Positions 23,251 through 35,289 of a stretch of DNA of 64,000 nt are shown piece after piece. The stretch lies in assembly GCF_006345805.1 (NCBI RefSeq), contig NC_043008.1, forward strand, positions 69,254,001-69,318,000. The letters are read 5' to 3'. Within the stretch, counting starts at the first letter, position 1. Every line of letters starts with the position of its first letter. The position numbers and the translations under genes were made by a program. The notes beneath the pieces are model-generated. The model saw only the letters and a program-made list of their open reading frames with translations. It searched no databases and was not told where the DNA came from. This DNA is from Octopus sinensis. Its lineage: Eukaryota.

Positions 23251-24198
23251 CAACATGTTCATCAACAACTGCACTAGTCTTTAGCGAATTGCAACAACGT
23301 GAAAGGCTTTAATTCGTGGACACTTCACGGCATAATCGCATTTACGTCAGTAGCATTGCATAGGAAAGAAATCAACGTTGGGTATATTTAATTCCTACAG
23401 CAAGATTATCGGCAAATAGTACAAAGTAGATGGCGTGATTGTTATTAACTTGAAATAATTTCTTCATCAACTGACGCTAAATTAAGCTACAATTTTTTTA
23501 ATGTAAAAAAGCAACCAAAAAACTGCGAAGCACATCAAGCACATACACAAAACACAAATACCAAAAAATCGAAGAATCAAAAGAAGAAAGCTATTTTCTC
23601 TATGAAATGTGTTTTATTGCTCATATACTATATTTAGGAGGAGAAGGAGCAATGTTTTGGTTAAGCTGGCAGACTAATCGACATACAGACAGATTAAGCG
23701 TGGTACACTATTTTGTTTCGTCTAACTTCTGAGTTCACACTCCGCTTGAGTAAATTTTCACTTTTGTTCGTCCGTAGTTTATAAAATACACACCACTTAG
23801 CTTCTGGTAACAAATTATTATTCTCTCAACAGTAAAATATTTGTGTGGTGGTAGAATTCTTAACAAGTTAGTCAAGGTATTTCGCTGTATGTGTTCACAA
23901 TCTTCAAGTTTTGATTTCAATTATTGCTAAGATTAATTTGGTTAAGATTGTTTTCCAATCAAATATTCTACTGGTGTCGAATTTATGGCGTTGGATGTAT
24001 TTAACAACTTTCCTTCTCCAGTACATAACTGTGCGTTCAGTCCTACTGCATGGTACCTTGAGGAAGTATCTTCTACTCTAGCTTAGTGACGACTAGATAC
24101 TTCTGAGCGGACTTGGTAGGCGGAAACTGAAAGAAATTCATATATGTATATATATATACGTGTATATATGTACGTAATAACCACACTTACCACAACAC

Positions 24199-24236
<38 letters not shown>

Positions 24237-24499
24237 TATATATATATATATGACGGACGCCCTCCCCCGTCGTGAGGCGACGTATGAAAGTTCGACAATT
24301 TCTTATCGAAAAATCGCAGAGGATTTGTTTATAGTGATCAAGTGATTAAACGTTTGTGTACACATAAGCTCACTTCCTCCATCAAATCGACATTACCTGT
24401 ACATCTGCAATGGGCCTCACGTGTCAGATGACGAAATGATTGTAGAGCAACATAAAATGAAGAGCTCCGTTGAAGAGCACAATGCAACCCATGTTAACT

Positions 24500-25500
24500 G
24501 AGAGTTTAGGTAGCCGTTTGCTAATACCTGAAACCAGGTTTCAAATTACAGCGGAGATGGGGTAAACTCTTGTAGATATATACCGTTTCTTCATTAGACC
24601 ACCCATAGGAGTAGTTCAGGTCTAAGGTTAATTCCAAGAAATCGACCGTAGTCACGCTGGTAGCAACCGTTATGTACAGGCCGAACTGTTTGAATAGTTT
24701 TATCAAGTCCTTCCTGAACCTGTCCCTGGCGTGGCCATTTATATGGCTTGAGAGAGCCAGGCCATCGTCCCTATAAAAGACCGAATTATGTGGATGAGTA
24801 CGTCTCTTGAGGGTATCCAAAATGTATAAATCGTTCAAGTTCCCCATAGAGACATCAAACAATGGATCGCTTTCTTTTTCAGCCAGAAGGAATCGTCACA
24901 GACCAGAACTGACTTTCTGGCATTCTTGATGATTCTGATATCAAGATCACTAAGGCTGGTAAATTGTCCAGCAAAAGTCTGGGCCTACAGGAGGAGGGGG
25001 TTATCTACAGAATGGCAGAAGTCAACAATGTCGAACTGGGTGTATTTCCAGGCTGATTTATTCTCGATACCGCAGAATCAGTCTATTACAGCTGCGTTGG
25101 TGTTCCCTTGAGTCAATCCTGTATCCCTTCTGATGTCAGATTTGATAGTATGGAGAATACGTTTGCTATTGATACCCATCTCGCTTTTAGACAGGTTGAC
25201 CAGCCTGCAATTAGGGTTGGAATAGAAATTAGGCTCATGGTCCTTAAGTGTAATATGTGGAGGGGTGTCACGTGTCGAGGCGGTCCACTCGAACTTTTAT
25301 CTTAAGGCGGGTAACTAGCAACTTTATTTCTGAATTTATATCATTTTATTTGGAATTAGGGGCTTTTTGTGTTTTGGTGATGGCACTCCTGAGGATTTTT
25401 GAATGTGTGGAAATATTTGTTTCGTATATATTTTTGTTTTGTATGCGAAGATGTGTTGATTGGGAGATTGTTTAATAGTGGTCATACAGTCATATTAGGA
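24500..25500 (-). mobile_element. Penelope-like element, Naiad-type RT fragment (pseudogene)
   Basis: The minus strand reads ITLKDHEPNFYSNPNCRLVNLSKSEMG...VID*F...QFDIVDF...IIKNARKSV...LFDVSMG...FYRDDGL...VDFLELTLDL. The TLKDH, RLxNPxKSE, LFDVTMG and YRDDGL motifs are characteristic of this PLE group. Confidence 0.85.
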
Positions 25501-25609
25501 TTTAAAAAAGAGGTTAGAATAATGCCGAAGCCTTACCTTCTTTACAATGTTTCATAAGTCAATCATATTACATATATGTATATACGTATGTATATCAGTA
25601 TATTTATGT

Positions 25610-25800
25610 ATGTCTCTGTCTCCTACCACCACTTGACAATCAACGTTCGTTTGTGTACATCCTCGTGACTAGGGATTCGGCAGAGGTGACCGAAAGAATA
25701 GATTGCATGCTTAAAATAAGTACTGGGATACATTTGTCCTCCGAAACCCTTCAAGGCAGTGCACCACATTGTCTATAGTGACTGGAACAAGTATTCGATA
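25610..25800 (+). mobile_element. SINE family B, decayed 3' half
   Basis: CCACCACTTGACAATC...TTCGGCAGAGGTGACCGAAAGAATAG...GACTGGAACAAGTA is similar to 40070-40235. Confidence 0.55.
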
Positions 25801-25841
25801 ATCGATGCATATTTAATGCATAGATATATATATATATATAT

Positions 25842-25872
<31 letters not shown>

Positions 25873-25970
25873 TATAGATAGATAGATACATACATACATA
25901 CATGCATGCATACATACATACATACATACATACATACATACATACGTACATACATACATACATACATACA

Positions 25971-26000
<30 letters not shown>

Positions 26001-26002
<2 letters not shown>

Positions 26003-26339
26003 AGATATTATTATTAGTAATTAATAATAATATAAGTGACTAGCAAGCATAACAAACAAAAAAGGAAAATTTATAAATTTATAATGAAGAACAGAGGATA
26101 GTACCAGCGTTACTAGAAATAAGAGTCGAAAATTACTCAAAAAGCTACAATATCATTCGATTTCATCAGCTTGTTAAATTTTCAGTGATAATGTGGCTTA
26201 TCTGATTATTTTTCGACTCTTATTGCTAGCAACACTATCTTTTACTTTTAATTATAAATTTATAAATTTACCTTTTTTGCTTTCTATGCTTGCTAGCCAC
26301 TTACATTATTATTATTATTGATTAATAATGATATCTTTA

Positions 26340-26340
<1 letters not shown>
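26001..26340. repeat. Approximately 340-bp imperfect palindrome
   Basis: TAAGTGACTAGCAAGCATA pairs with TATGCTTGCTAGCCACTTA, and AATAAGAGTCGAAAA pairs with TTTTCGACTCTTATT. Confidence 0.8.
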
Positions 26341-26414
<74 letters not shown>

Positions 26415-26419
26415 TATAA

Positions 26420-26576
26420 ATAAAATAAACATATGCATATATATAAACATATATGTACGTACCTACCTCTACATGTACATATACACGCATATATGAGTAC
26501 AGGACAACCAAAGGACGTCGAACACAATGAGAAACGAAAACATAAACACAAACCAAAGGAACTGGATATATATAAT

Positions 26577-26608
<32 letters not shown>

Positions 26609-26775
26609 CATACCTTTATTCATATATATATATATATATATCTATATATATATATATATATATACAAAAGTAAGCACATAAATGCGAAACAAGGTGGAAA
26701 AAATAGTACTCAAAGTAGAGTAATATGCTTTATTAAAAAGTAGCAAAGACATCACAAAAACTGTTACTCAGAGAA
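26420..26775. mobile_element. Second copy of the Penelope-type terminal sequences seen at 7555-8080
   Basis: 26420-26560 is the reverse complement of about 7555-7700. 26670-26775 matches about 7975-8080 and ends in AAACTGTTACTCAGAG. Confidence 0.7.
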
Positions 26776-27399
26776 ACAGTCTCTTGATTTAGAACGATAA
26801 AATCTGCAACTAATTTCAGATGCTGTAAGTATCGATTTGGACATTTCATTCATCCACTGCTCTCCCTGTTGCTGCCCAAGTTGCTGCTGTTGCAGTTGTT
26901 TGATCCCAGTCGGGTATGTGCAAGCGGTGTCATCATCATAACTGTTACAATCGTGACAGTCTCATCTTGCTGTTTAGCGTTATCTAAATACATTATCCAC
27001 CATATCACTATTTGTTTTACAAAAATTCTATTTATCCACTTTCCTTAAAATAATGACTTTGCTTAAGAAATATATCGCTTTCTTTCTCTCTTTTTTCTTT
27101 CCTTCGTTCTCTGTCGTTTTTCCTCTATCTCTCTGTCTACCTGTCTGTCTCTCATCCATTCTGCTCCTCACCGACATCTGCAGAATGATTCCTTTTTATC
27201 TATAAAAAATACCAGCAACTTTTATTTGTATAATTTGATCCTCTAGCAAAGTCATGTGCAACACATAGTAAATGACAATATTTGCACCTGGGCAGTGCTA
27301 ATGACACGAAGAGATCCAGAGAAAAGCTGCCTAGCAGATTGGAATAAAATCCTTTACAATCAAACGCCAGCTTCTGATCCACGGACATGTTGTCTCATT

Positions 27400-27690
27400 T
27401 CTCTGACTTCTCTACCGCTACTATAAAGATCAATGATTCTCAGACGCTATTTGGATTCTGTCTCCACTTGACCACTCTCCATTCATCTTTTTGCCATTTA
27501 TAATCATGCTGTCCGACCACTCAAGTCCATCGTTAAGCATTATACTCTGTTTCTGTCTCTTCAACACATCGCTATTATGGAATTCACTCTTTGCACATCG
27601 TTTTCTTTCCACCAGTCTAAGCAAAACTTTAGCAACATCGAAGTCTTAGAGAGAGCCTACAATTGCCATGAGCGCTGCCTATTCCTCTAG
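27400..27690 (-). mobile_element. Highly decayed RTE-like LINE C-terminal remnant
   Basis: The minus frame *RWT*VVGQHDYKWQKDEWRV resembles RWAGHVAR..D.RW.K...EW. Confidence 0.3.
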
Positions 27691-27768
27691 GCCCTGCAAA
27701 AATAAATGTCTAAAATATAAATAACGTCAATATAAACTTCCACGAGATAATGTATCATATAAGTACGC

Positions 27769-27799
<31 letters not shown>

Positions 27800-28244
27800 T
27801 ATACATTGTATGTATATTACTTAGAAATTACATTGACTTAGGCGAAACGACTCCACTATTTATATTCTTGTTCTTATTTTTGTTGTTGCTTTTTCTTCCA
27901 GCATTATTTTATTTTCTTCCAGCATTATATTTGCCTACACATGAAAGTACACTATTTGACAACACTTTACAACGACACTGATTTGCTCATTATAGAAATC
28001 TACAGTATATGAAAATCTACTTAAAAGTATTGCGTCATTATTTAATTAAATCATAAGTTAGTTTGTTTAATGATCATATAATATTTTGGGAATGATTCTC
28101 CCTATCAAATGTAAGAAACAAAATTACAAAGAATTCTGAGAAATATGTTGAATGCGAATCATATGATGTGGATGATCGGAGCGGCGGTGGAGGTAAATGT
28201 GTTATGACGTAAGCTTGCAAAATAACTCAGTCACTATTCTGTCT

Positions 28245-29090
28245 CCAGAATACTTTACTTTACTGTCCGAAAATTCAACGCTAGTTTTGAAAAACTAGAC
28301 GTAGTTTTTATTTTGCACTTATTTTGTACGTAGATTTTAGCGTAACAGTCGCAGAAATGCAAGAAGTCAGTTAAACTATCCTGTGGTTCTTCCCAGACGA
28401 AAATGACGTCATCAACGAACCGCAAGCAGAGTATTGGTTCATGACCATGTAGGGATTTGAATGCCTTCTGTAACCGTGCGTCGAATTTCGTCATGAAGAC
28501 ATTGGAGAAATTAACAGCCATGGTGGTACCCATGGCGCACCCCCTCGTCTTATGGCAAAAGTTTTGTCCAAACTTCATTGTTACACGAACCTCAGTAACC
28601 TACAGAGAAAAGTTGATGGAATACTTTTGTCTCACCGTTTTTAGAGGGCATTCATGCATGCTTCTATCCCTTCATTGTGGTCAATATTTAGATATAAGGA
28701 AGAAACATCAATGGTTACCGAAAAACAGTTTTCGACATGGCTTCGGTGCTTTAAAAAGTAGCTTGAATATAGGAAAGTAATCATTTTGCAGCAGGGAGTA
28801 GAGAGCCATCCAGCCATTCCGAAATCTTGGCTGTACAACAATCATATCTGCTGCAAATTAGGCGTATTTTTTAGAGAGACCATAAGATACAGGTGTTCTG
28901 TTTTCGGCCTTATTAATTAAATTGTTTTCCACCATTTCAAGAATTATTTTGTGAAGTTCCTCTCTGTAATTGGGGTCTGGATCGACAGGTAATTCTTCAT
29001 ATGAAGTTTTGTCATTTAAAACTTCTAAACAAGTCGAAATATACTCAGTTCTGTCCATAATTACGGCAGCCCCTCCCTTACTCGCCATTT
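28245..29090 (-). mobile_element. Penelope-like RT pseudogene (inverted segment)
   Basis: ORFs read SKGGAAVIMDRTEY...LNDKTSYEEL, IDVSSLYLNIDHNEGI and GCAMGTTMAVNFSNVFM...LRFVDDVIFVW. Confidence 0.9.
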
Positions 29091-29269
29091 AAATAACAAT
29101 AGCTAGATGGCAGAGTGCATAACGTTGGGAATTTGTGAGATTATTCCATGACTTATTTCCACTTGTTCACTATGCACCAACATGAATTCCATCAAGAATC
29201 ATTACAGTGAATTCCATCAGGAATCATAACAAATGAATTCCATCAGGTATCATTACAGAAATTTTATGA

Positions 29270-29895
29270 TTTATAGAAAAGGTGGGACATGTAGAGATTC
29301 TCATTTGGTGTATGCGGCAGAATGCATGAAACACAAATTGATTTATATTGGGTGTACAACAGAACAATTAAACAAAATATTTAATGGTCACAGATTCGAC
29401 GTCAGGTGCAATAACAGTAAGTTCGACCAGAACGTGCTTCAAACGGCTGCAATTTTGAAAAAGACCTGAAAGTGCATGTTCTCAGAAAATGTTCTGAATT
29501 TGTTTCACTTTCAATACTAAAAAATGCATGAGGAGAAATATGTTTGCGGGTTATTAACATCATGCCCTGGAAGAATAAAATGACAGAACATCATCAAGCA
29601 TATACAAAACAGTTTGATTAAATGTTCTTCCTCTTTTTCCTTTCCTTTTTTATTCTCTCTTTTGCTTCTGTCTTTTTCTTTTCGTCAGTTATAAAATTGA
29701 AACTTAAAGATTGGTGATGTCATTCCATCAACGCATGGACGCTGGTTGCTTTCGTTCATACTTTAGATTTGAATATCTATAATTTTGAATTTTTATCCCT
29801 TTTTATTTTGATCTCGACAAAGACGGGCTTGTTGTCGAAATATCGTTCGACAAATAGACTATCAATTGCAATCGCATTGCGCCCTCCGTTTTGTC
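29270..29895 (+). mobile_element. Penelope-like GIY-YIG endonuclease and 3' end
   Basis: TCRDSHLVYAAECMKHKLIYIGCTTEQLNKIFNGHRFD carries the VY..C.....YIG.T...L..R.N.H pattern. A 3' region with GTCGAAATATCG follows. Confidence 0.85.
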
Positions 29896-29900
29896 AAAGC

Positions 29901-29949
<49 letters not shown>

Positions 29950-30064
29950 TAATATAATGATAAGAAGAAAAGAAGAAGAAGAAGAAGAAGAAGAAGAAGA
30001 AGAAGAAGAAGAAGAAGAAGAAGAAGAAGAAGAAGAAGGAATAAGAAGAAAAGAAGAAGAAGAA

Positions 30065-30281
30065 GAATCCTTCCTACTATAGGCACAAAGCCTGATGCTT
30101 GGTGGGAGGGGGCTAGTCGATTACATCTACCCCAGTTTTCCACTGGTATTGGATTTATCGAGCCCGAAAAGATGAAAGGCAAAGTCGCCCTCGGCGGAAT
30201 TTGAACTCAGAACGTAGCGATAGGCAAAATACTCCTAAGTATATCATCCAAAGTGCTAACGATTCTACTAGCTCACCGCCT
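30065..30281 (-). mobile_element. SINE family A variant
   Basis: The reverse complement is GGCGGTGAGCTAGTAGAATCGTTAGCAC...GAGTTCAAATTCCGCCGAGG. Confidence 0.85.
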
Positions 30282-30308
30282 CAATAGTAGTAGTAGTAGC
30301 AGCAGTAG

Positions 30309-30364
<56 letters not shown>

Positions 30365-31164
30365 TAATCATAATAATAATAATAATATTAATAATAATAA
30401 TAATAATAACAATAATAATAATAACAACAACAACAACAACATAAGGATGGAATTGACAATTTTTTTGATATATCAGATCAAATACTTTTGCAACCCTTGC
30501 CAGCCTTAAGTTACAATTTTCATATTCATCTTACGCTATTTCAATTACACTTAATAATGTCTGAATAATTTTTAACAACATTAAGTGTGGTCACTTAATC
30601 GGGTAGAGCCCGAGAAAAATATTCAAATACATGACTATCAAGAGCAATCTTAAAATAAGATTATATCAATATGAAAAAGTTGCAACTGAACTCTGGTGTG
30701 GTGTATAGAAACATATGCTGTCAACATCATGTTATCATAAATATATATAAAAGTTTTGGTCTAAAATAACTGAATTGGAAACAACTGAAGACGTATATAT
30801 AAAATTAAACATAATATACAGGAATAAAACTGTGTTATTGAAAGCGGGGAACAATTAAGTTAAAACACGAGCAGATACTTCCCCAATCGAGATAGAAATA
30901 AAAAAACACGAGGTTATCGAGACTCGCAATACGAATTAAGGGATAGATTTAACACATGAATGGAGCTGTGGAAATTAATACAACACAAAAATACAGCAGG
31001 GACATATTTTTTATGCACAATCTAAAAAGAGCTCAATAAGGAAAGGTTTATAGCGATATGGATTAATGCATATTTATGTAGAACAGCTGAATTAACACAG
31101 CTGCATATATACAAATGTATACATACATGTACACATCTATACATACATATACACACACATACAT

Positions 31165-31225
<61 letters not shown>

Positions 31226-31419
31226 TGTGGTGTTGTGTGTTATCCGATGGCCGGATAACTGAAGATATGGCGGTGTGCATTTCCCACCTCGCATCATCGA
31301 AGATTGAGTTTTATCATGGCTACCGAATAATTGTCACATATTACATTTACAGATAAATTCCCTATTTACATAATATAGAGGTCTCTTCATTCTTTTGTTG
31401 TCTTACTTTTTTATTATCA

Positions 31420-31472
31420 ATATATATATATATATAATATATATATATCTATTATTAATATATATATATGTA

Positions 31473-31513
<41 letters not shown>

Positions 31514-31524
31514 ATATATAATTC

Positions 31525-31557
<33 letters not shown>

Positions 31558-31592
31558 ATATACATATATATATGTATATATACATTTATATA

Positions 31593-31654
<62 letters not shown>

Positions 31655-31719
31655 ATGTACGTAGATATATATAATATATAATATATATATATTATAGATA
31701 TATATTATACATCATATAT

Positions 31720-31775
<56 letters not shown>

Positions 31776-31800
31776 ATATATATATCTATATATATATACG
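31420..31800. repeat. (TA)n/(CT)n microsatellite field
   Basis: Direct inspection. Confidence 0.9.
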
Positions 31801-32922
31801 AGAAAGAAGCAACAAGAATGGATTGGTTTTTTAGTACAATTGTTTCATACAAAGACAGGCTTTATTACAAGTTGCAAAAATTGCAGCAGATAAAGTGTCC
31901 CCGTACTCTCAGCTAAAATACATTTGAGGTCTCTCTAGACATCTTAGTGGGTGAGGTTATACTCATGAGATATTGGAGATAGTTCCATTAGAGGCAGATT
32001 ATAGGTTGTAAACAGTTTTCCAAAGTTCCTTAATGATGATGCACAGTCTTATCACAGATTTTTAAAAACTTATTAGTTCGAAGAGGAGATGGAATAGTGT
32101 AGATTTAAATTTCCAGAGATATGAAGAGGATGATACACAGACTTATCACAGTATTTTTAAAAGACTTCTTATTAGCTTCACAGAAAAGGTGAATTAATCC
32201 ATAGTGAAGATTTACATTTCCAGTGGTAATATGAGGGATTTCAAGATCACAGACGATGTATTTAACCATTATTAATCCACAATCATTTCATGCTATATGA
32301 TAAGGTAATTTGCCATGTTATTGCTCTCCGTGCAAAACAGCTATGTATATATATATATATATATATATATTCATATACTTATATGTATATATATATATTT
32401 ATATATATATATATATTCATATACTTATATATGTGTGTGTGTGTGCATTTATGTTCTCTTATACATATATATTTGCCGACAGCCATTTTGAAGTTATATC
32501 TGATAAACTTGCAGGATGAAAGAAAAAAGAATCACAAATACACAAAAGAAAGGAATTTCATGACGTTTACATCGTTGGCGAGAATAAGGCAATTCTAAAC
32601 ACATAGAAAACTAAAATTAAAATTAACGTTGCAGGATCCAGAAGCAACTTCCCAGGGACGTATTGGCAGTACTGGTGTATTACCGAATACTGCGTACTAG
32701 GAGTGACGCACTGCCTATGCCTGCCTTATTACAGAAGGATATCTCTTAAATTCCTACCAAACCAGTTTGTAAAATTAAGCTTCCAACGAAAAATATTTTT
32801 CGAGAGTAAGTGACAGACTAAATTGTTAAGCATTAATAAATGTTTTTATAATAAATGTTTTATGGCTGACGTTTCACTTATGGTTATCGTTGTCATTGTA
32901 TTTATCATTATTATTATTATTA

Positions 32923-32997
<75 letters not shown>

Positions 32998-33218
32998 CAT
33001 CATCATCATCATTATTACTTTCATGATAAATGTTTTAACATCAATCTTTTGTGATAAATGTTATGCGATAAATGATTCAGAAATGATGTTACATCCAAAT
33101 TTTTATATCCTTTTTTTTTTTATTTTGCATGGAAATTTTTCTATATTCTTCTTATATTGCGTATTGCATGTAGTGTATATGTATGTATACTGTATATATA
33201 TATATATATCTATATATA

Positions 33219-33249
<31 letters not shown>

Positions 33250-33484
33250 AAAATTCTATAGGTTATTATGTATATATATATATACATATATGTATATATA
33301 TATATATATATGCATATATTTATATATATATATATATCTATATAATATATATACTACTATATATCTATTCATATGTGTGTATGTGTACGCGAACCATGCG
33401 TGTAAGCGTCATCTATTAATGCGTGTTTTAGATGTATACTAGTGCGGTGTGTGTGATTTACATATGTAATATATATGTATATAT

Positions 33485-33516
<32 letters not shown>

Positions 33517-34198
33517 ATATATATATACATATATGTACACAAAGAGGATATTACATGTAGAAATACATACATATACATATGTATGAGTATAATCAACTAC
33601 CTTATATATATTTATTATATAATAATACTACAACACCAAACACACACGCACACACATATATATATATACACACAATTTATATATTCATATATAATATACA
33701 TACATAGAATATATACAGGCATGCTTACACACACATATATATATAATATATATATATATATACACATATATACATATACATATATGTATACATAAATATG
33801 TATATTAATATATACTACAAAATTAGAAAATGGAGAAACATACTACAAAATTAGAAAATATATATATATATATATACATCCTTATATAACATATAAATAT
33901 ACATATTTAATTTATACATATATGTATGTAATCTGCATCAACATATTTATATATAAGTGTGTGTATGTACATACATACCCACATACATACATGCCATACA
34001 TCGTTACATATATATATATTATATATATATATATATATTATATAATATATATAGAAGCCTGTCTGCGTGCGTTTCTGCATGCGGATATGTGTGTGTGCGT
34101 CTGTGGGTGTGCGCGCGTTTGAATGCGTGTGTCTTTGAGTGTGTGTTTCTGTGTGTGTGCGTGTGTGTGTTTCTCTGTTTGTGTGTGTGTGTGCGTGT

Positions 34199-34259
<61 letters not shown>

Positions 34260-34622
34260 TGTGTGTGTGTGTGTGTCCGAATGTGCGTGTGCATAAGTAT
34301 ATACATTATCTAGATATTTCGCCATGAAATTTCGTGTAGATAATTTTGCATCATTTAGCTTTTCTATTGTGTTGCAATATTTCTCTATTGAATAGTGCTT
34401 TCTTCTCCTTTGTTCATTCAACTTCTTTTTTTTCTTCCCGTTTTCCATCGAGAACGTCTATTGGCCATATCATCAACGAGAGTGTTAATTATACTAGGTG
34501 TTGGTTTTATCATATTTCCTTCTTCGACAAACCCGCGCGGGTTACGCCGATAGAACTGGTATGGTTTTTAATAAGGATTTTACGGTCGATACTGCCTTAT
34601 CGCTCTTCATCATCACCATGAA

Positions 34623-34675
<53 letters not shown>

Positions 34676-34830
34676 CCATCATCATCATCATCTTCTTCGT
34701 TTTTCTTTCTTTTTGCTTTCTTTCTTGTCTTCTTGATGTTTGTTTCGTTGTTGCTATTGTATTGTTATTATTCTTGGCGGTAACAGCAGGAAAATGTTCA
34801 GTGAAAATACACACCCACACAATTACACGC

Positions 34831-34871
<41 letters not shown>

Positions 34872-35189
34872 TTGTAGTATGTATGTATGTATGTATGTAT
34901 GTATGTATGTATGTATGTATGTATATATATATAATATATATTATATATATATATATATATAACAAACATACATACATATATGCATACGTACATGCGTACC
35001 TTTTACATAAATAATAGAAACATTCGTATGTGTGTGTGTGTGGGTGTGTGTATCTGCGCGTATAGATATTTATTGTTAAGCCATATTCATATAAAATCTA
35101 TATCGGGCGATTTGGACAGTTTGCATAAAAGGAGAAAACATATTCATTCCACCATAAAAAAAAGTATTTTAAAAATAAAAATGTCACTT

Positions 35190-35289
35190 NNNNNNNNNNN
35201 NNNNNNNNNNNNNNNNNNNNNNNNNNNNNNNNNNNNNNNNNNNNNNNNNNNNNNNNNNNNNNNNNNNNNNNNNNNNNNNNNNNNNNNNN
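35190..35289. other. Assembly gap (exactly 100 N)
   Basis: A run of 100 N. The round size suggests a placeholder of unknown true length. Confidence 0.95.

Noticed and set aside
25078-25080. In-frame TGA in the Naiad-type RT as a possible selenocysteine codon
   Set aside because: It aligns with the conserved Trp of the VIxWF motif in a frameshifted copy, so it is a TGG-to-TGA decay mutation.
27660-27720. Strong minus-strand acceptor (TTTATTTTTGCAG) suggesting an exon
   Set aside because: The downstream sequence reads as a decayed RTE-like remnant, with early stops and only a weak donor.
29815-29860. Hammerhead-like motif CAAAGACGGGC...GTCGAAATATCG at the PLE 3' end
   Set aside because: The position is suggestive, but the core and stems are too degenerate to call from this copy.
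32635-32700. GRIGSTG peptide resembling dUTPase motif V
   Set aside because: There is no RGxGGF context and no upstream dUTPase motifs, and the frame closes after 21 codons.
33812-33859. 20-bp direct repeat ATACTACAAAATTAGAAAAT with an 8-bp spacer (CRISPR-like at a glance)
   Set aside because: Only two units, in a eukaryotic microsatellite context and with no cas genes. It is a simple local duplication.
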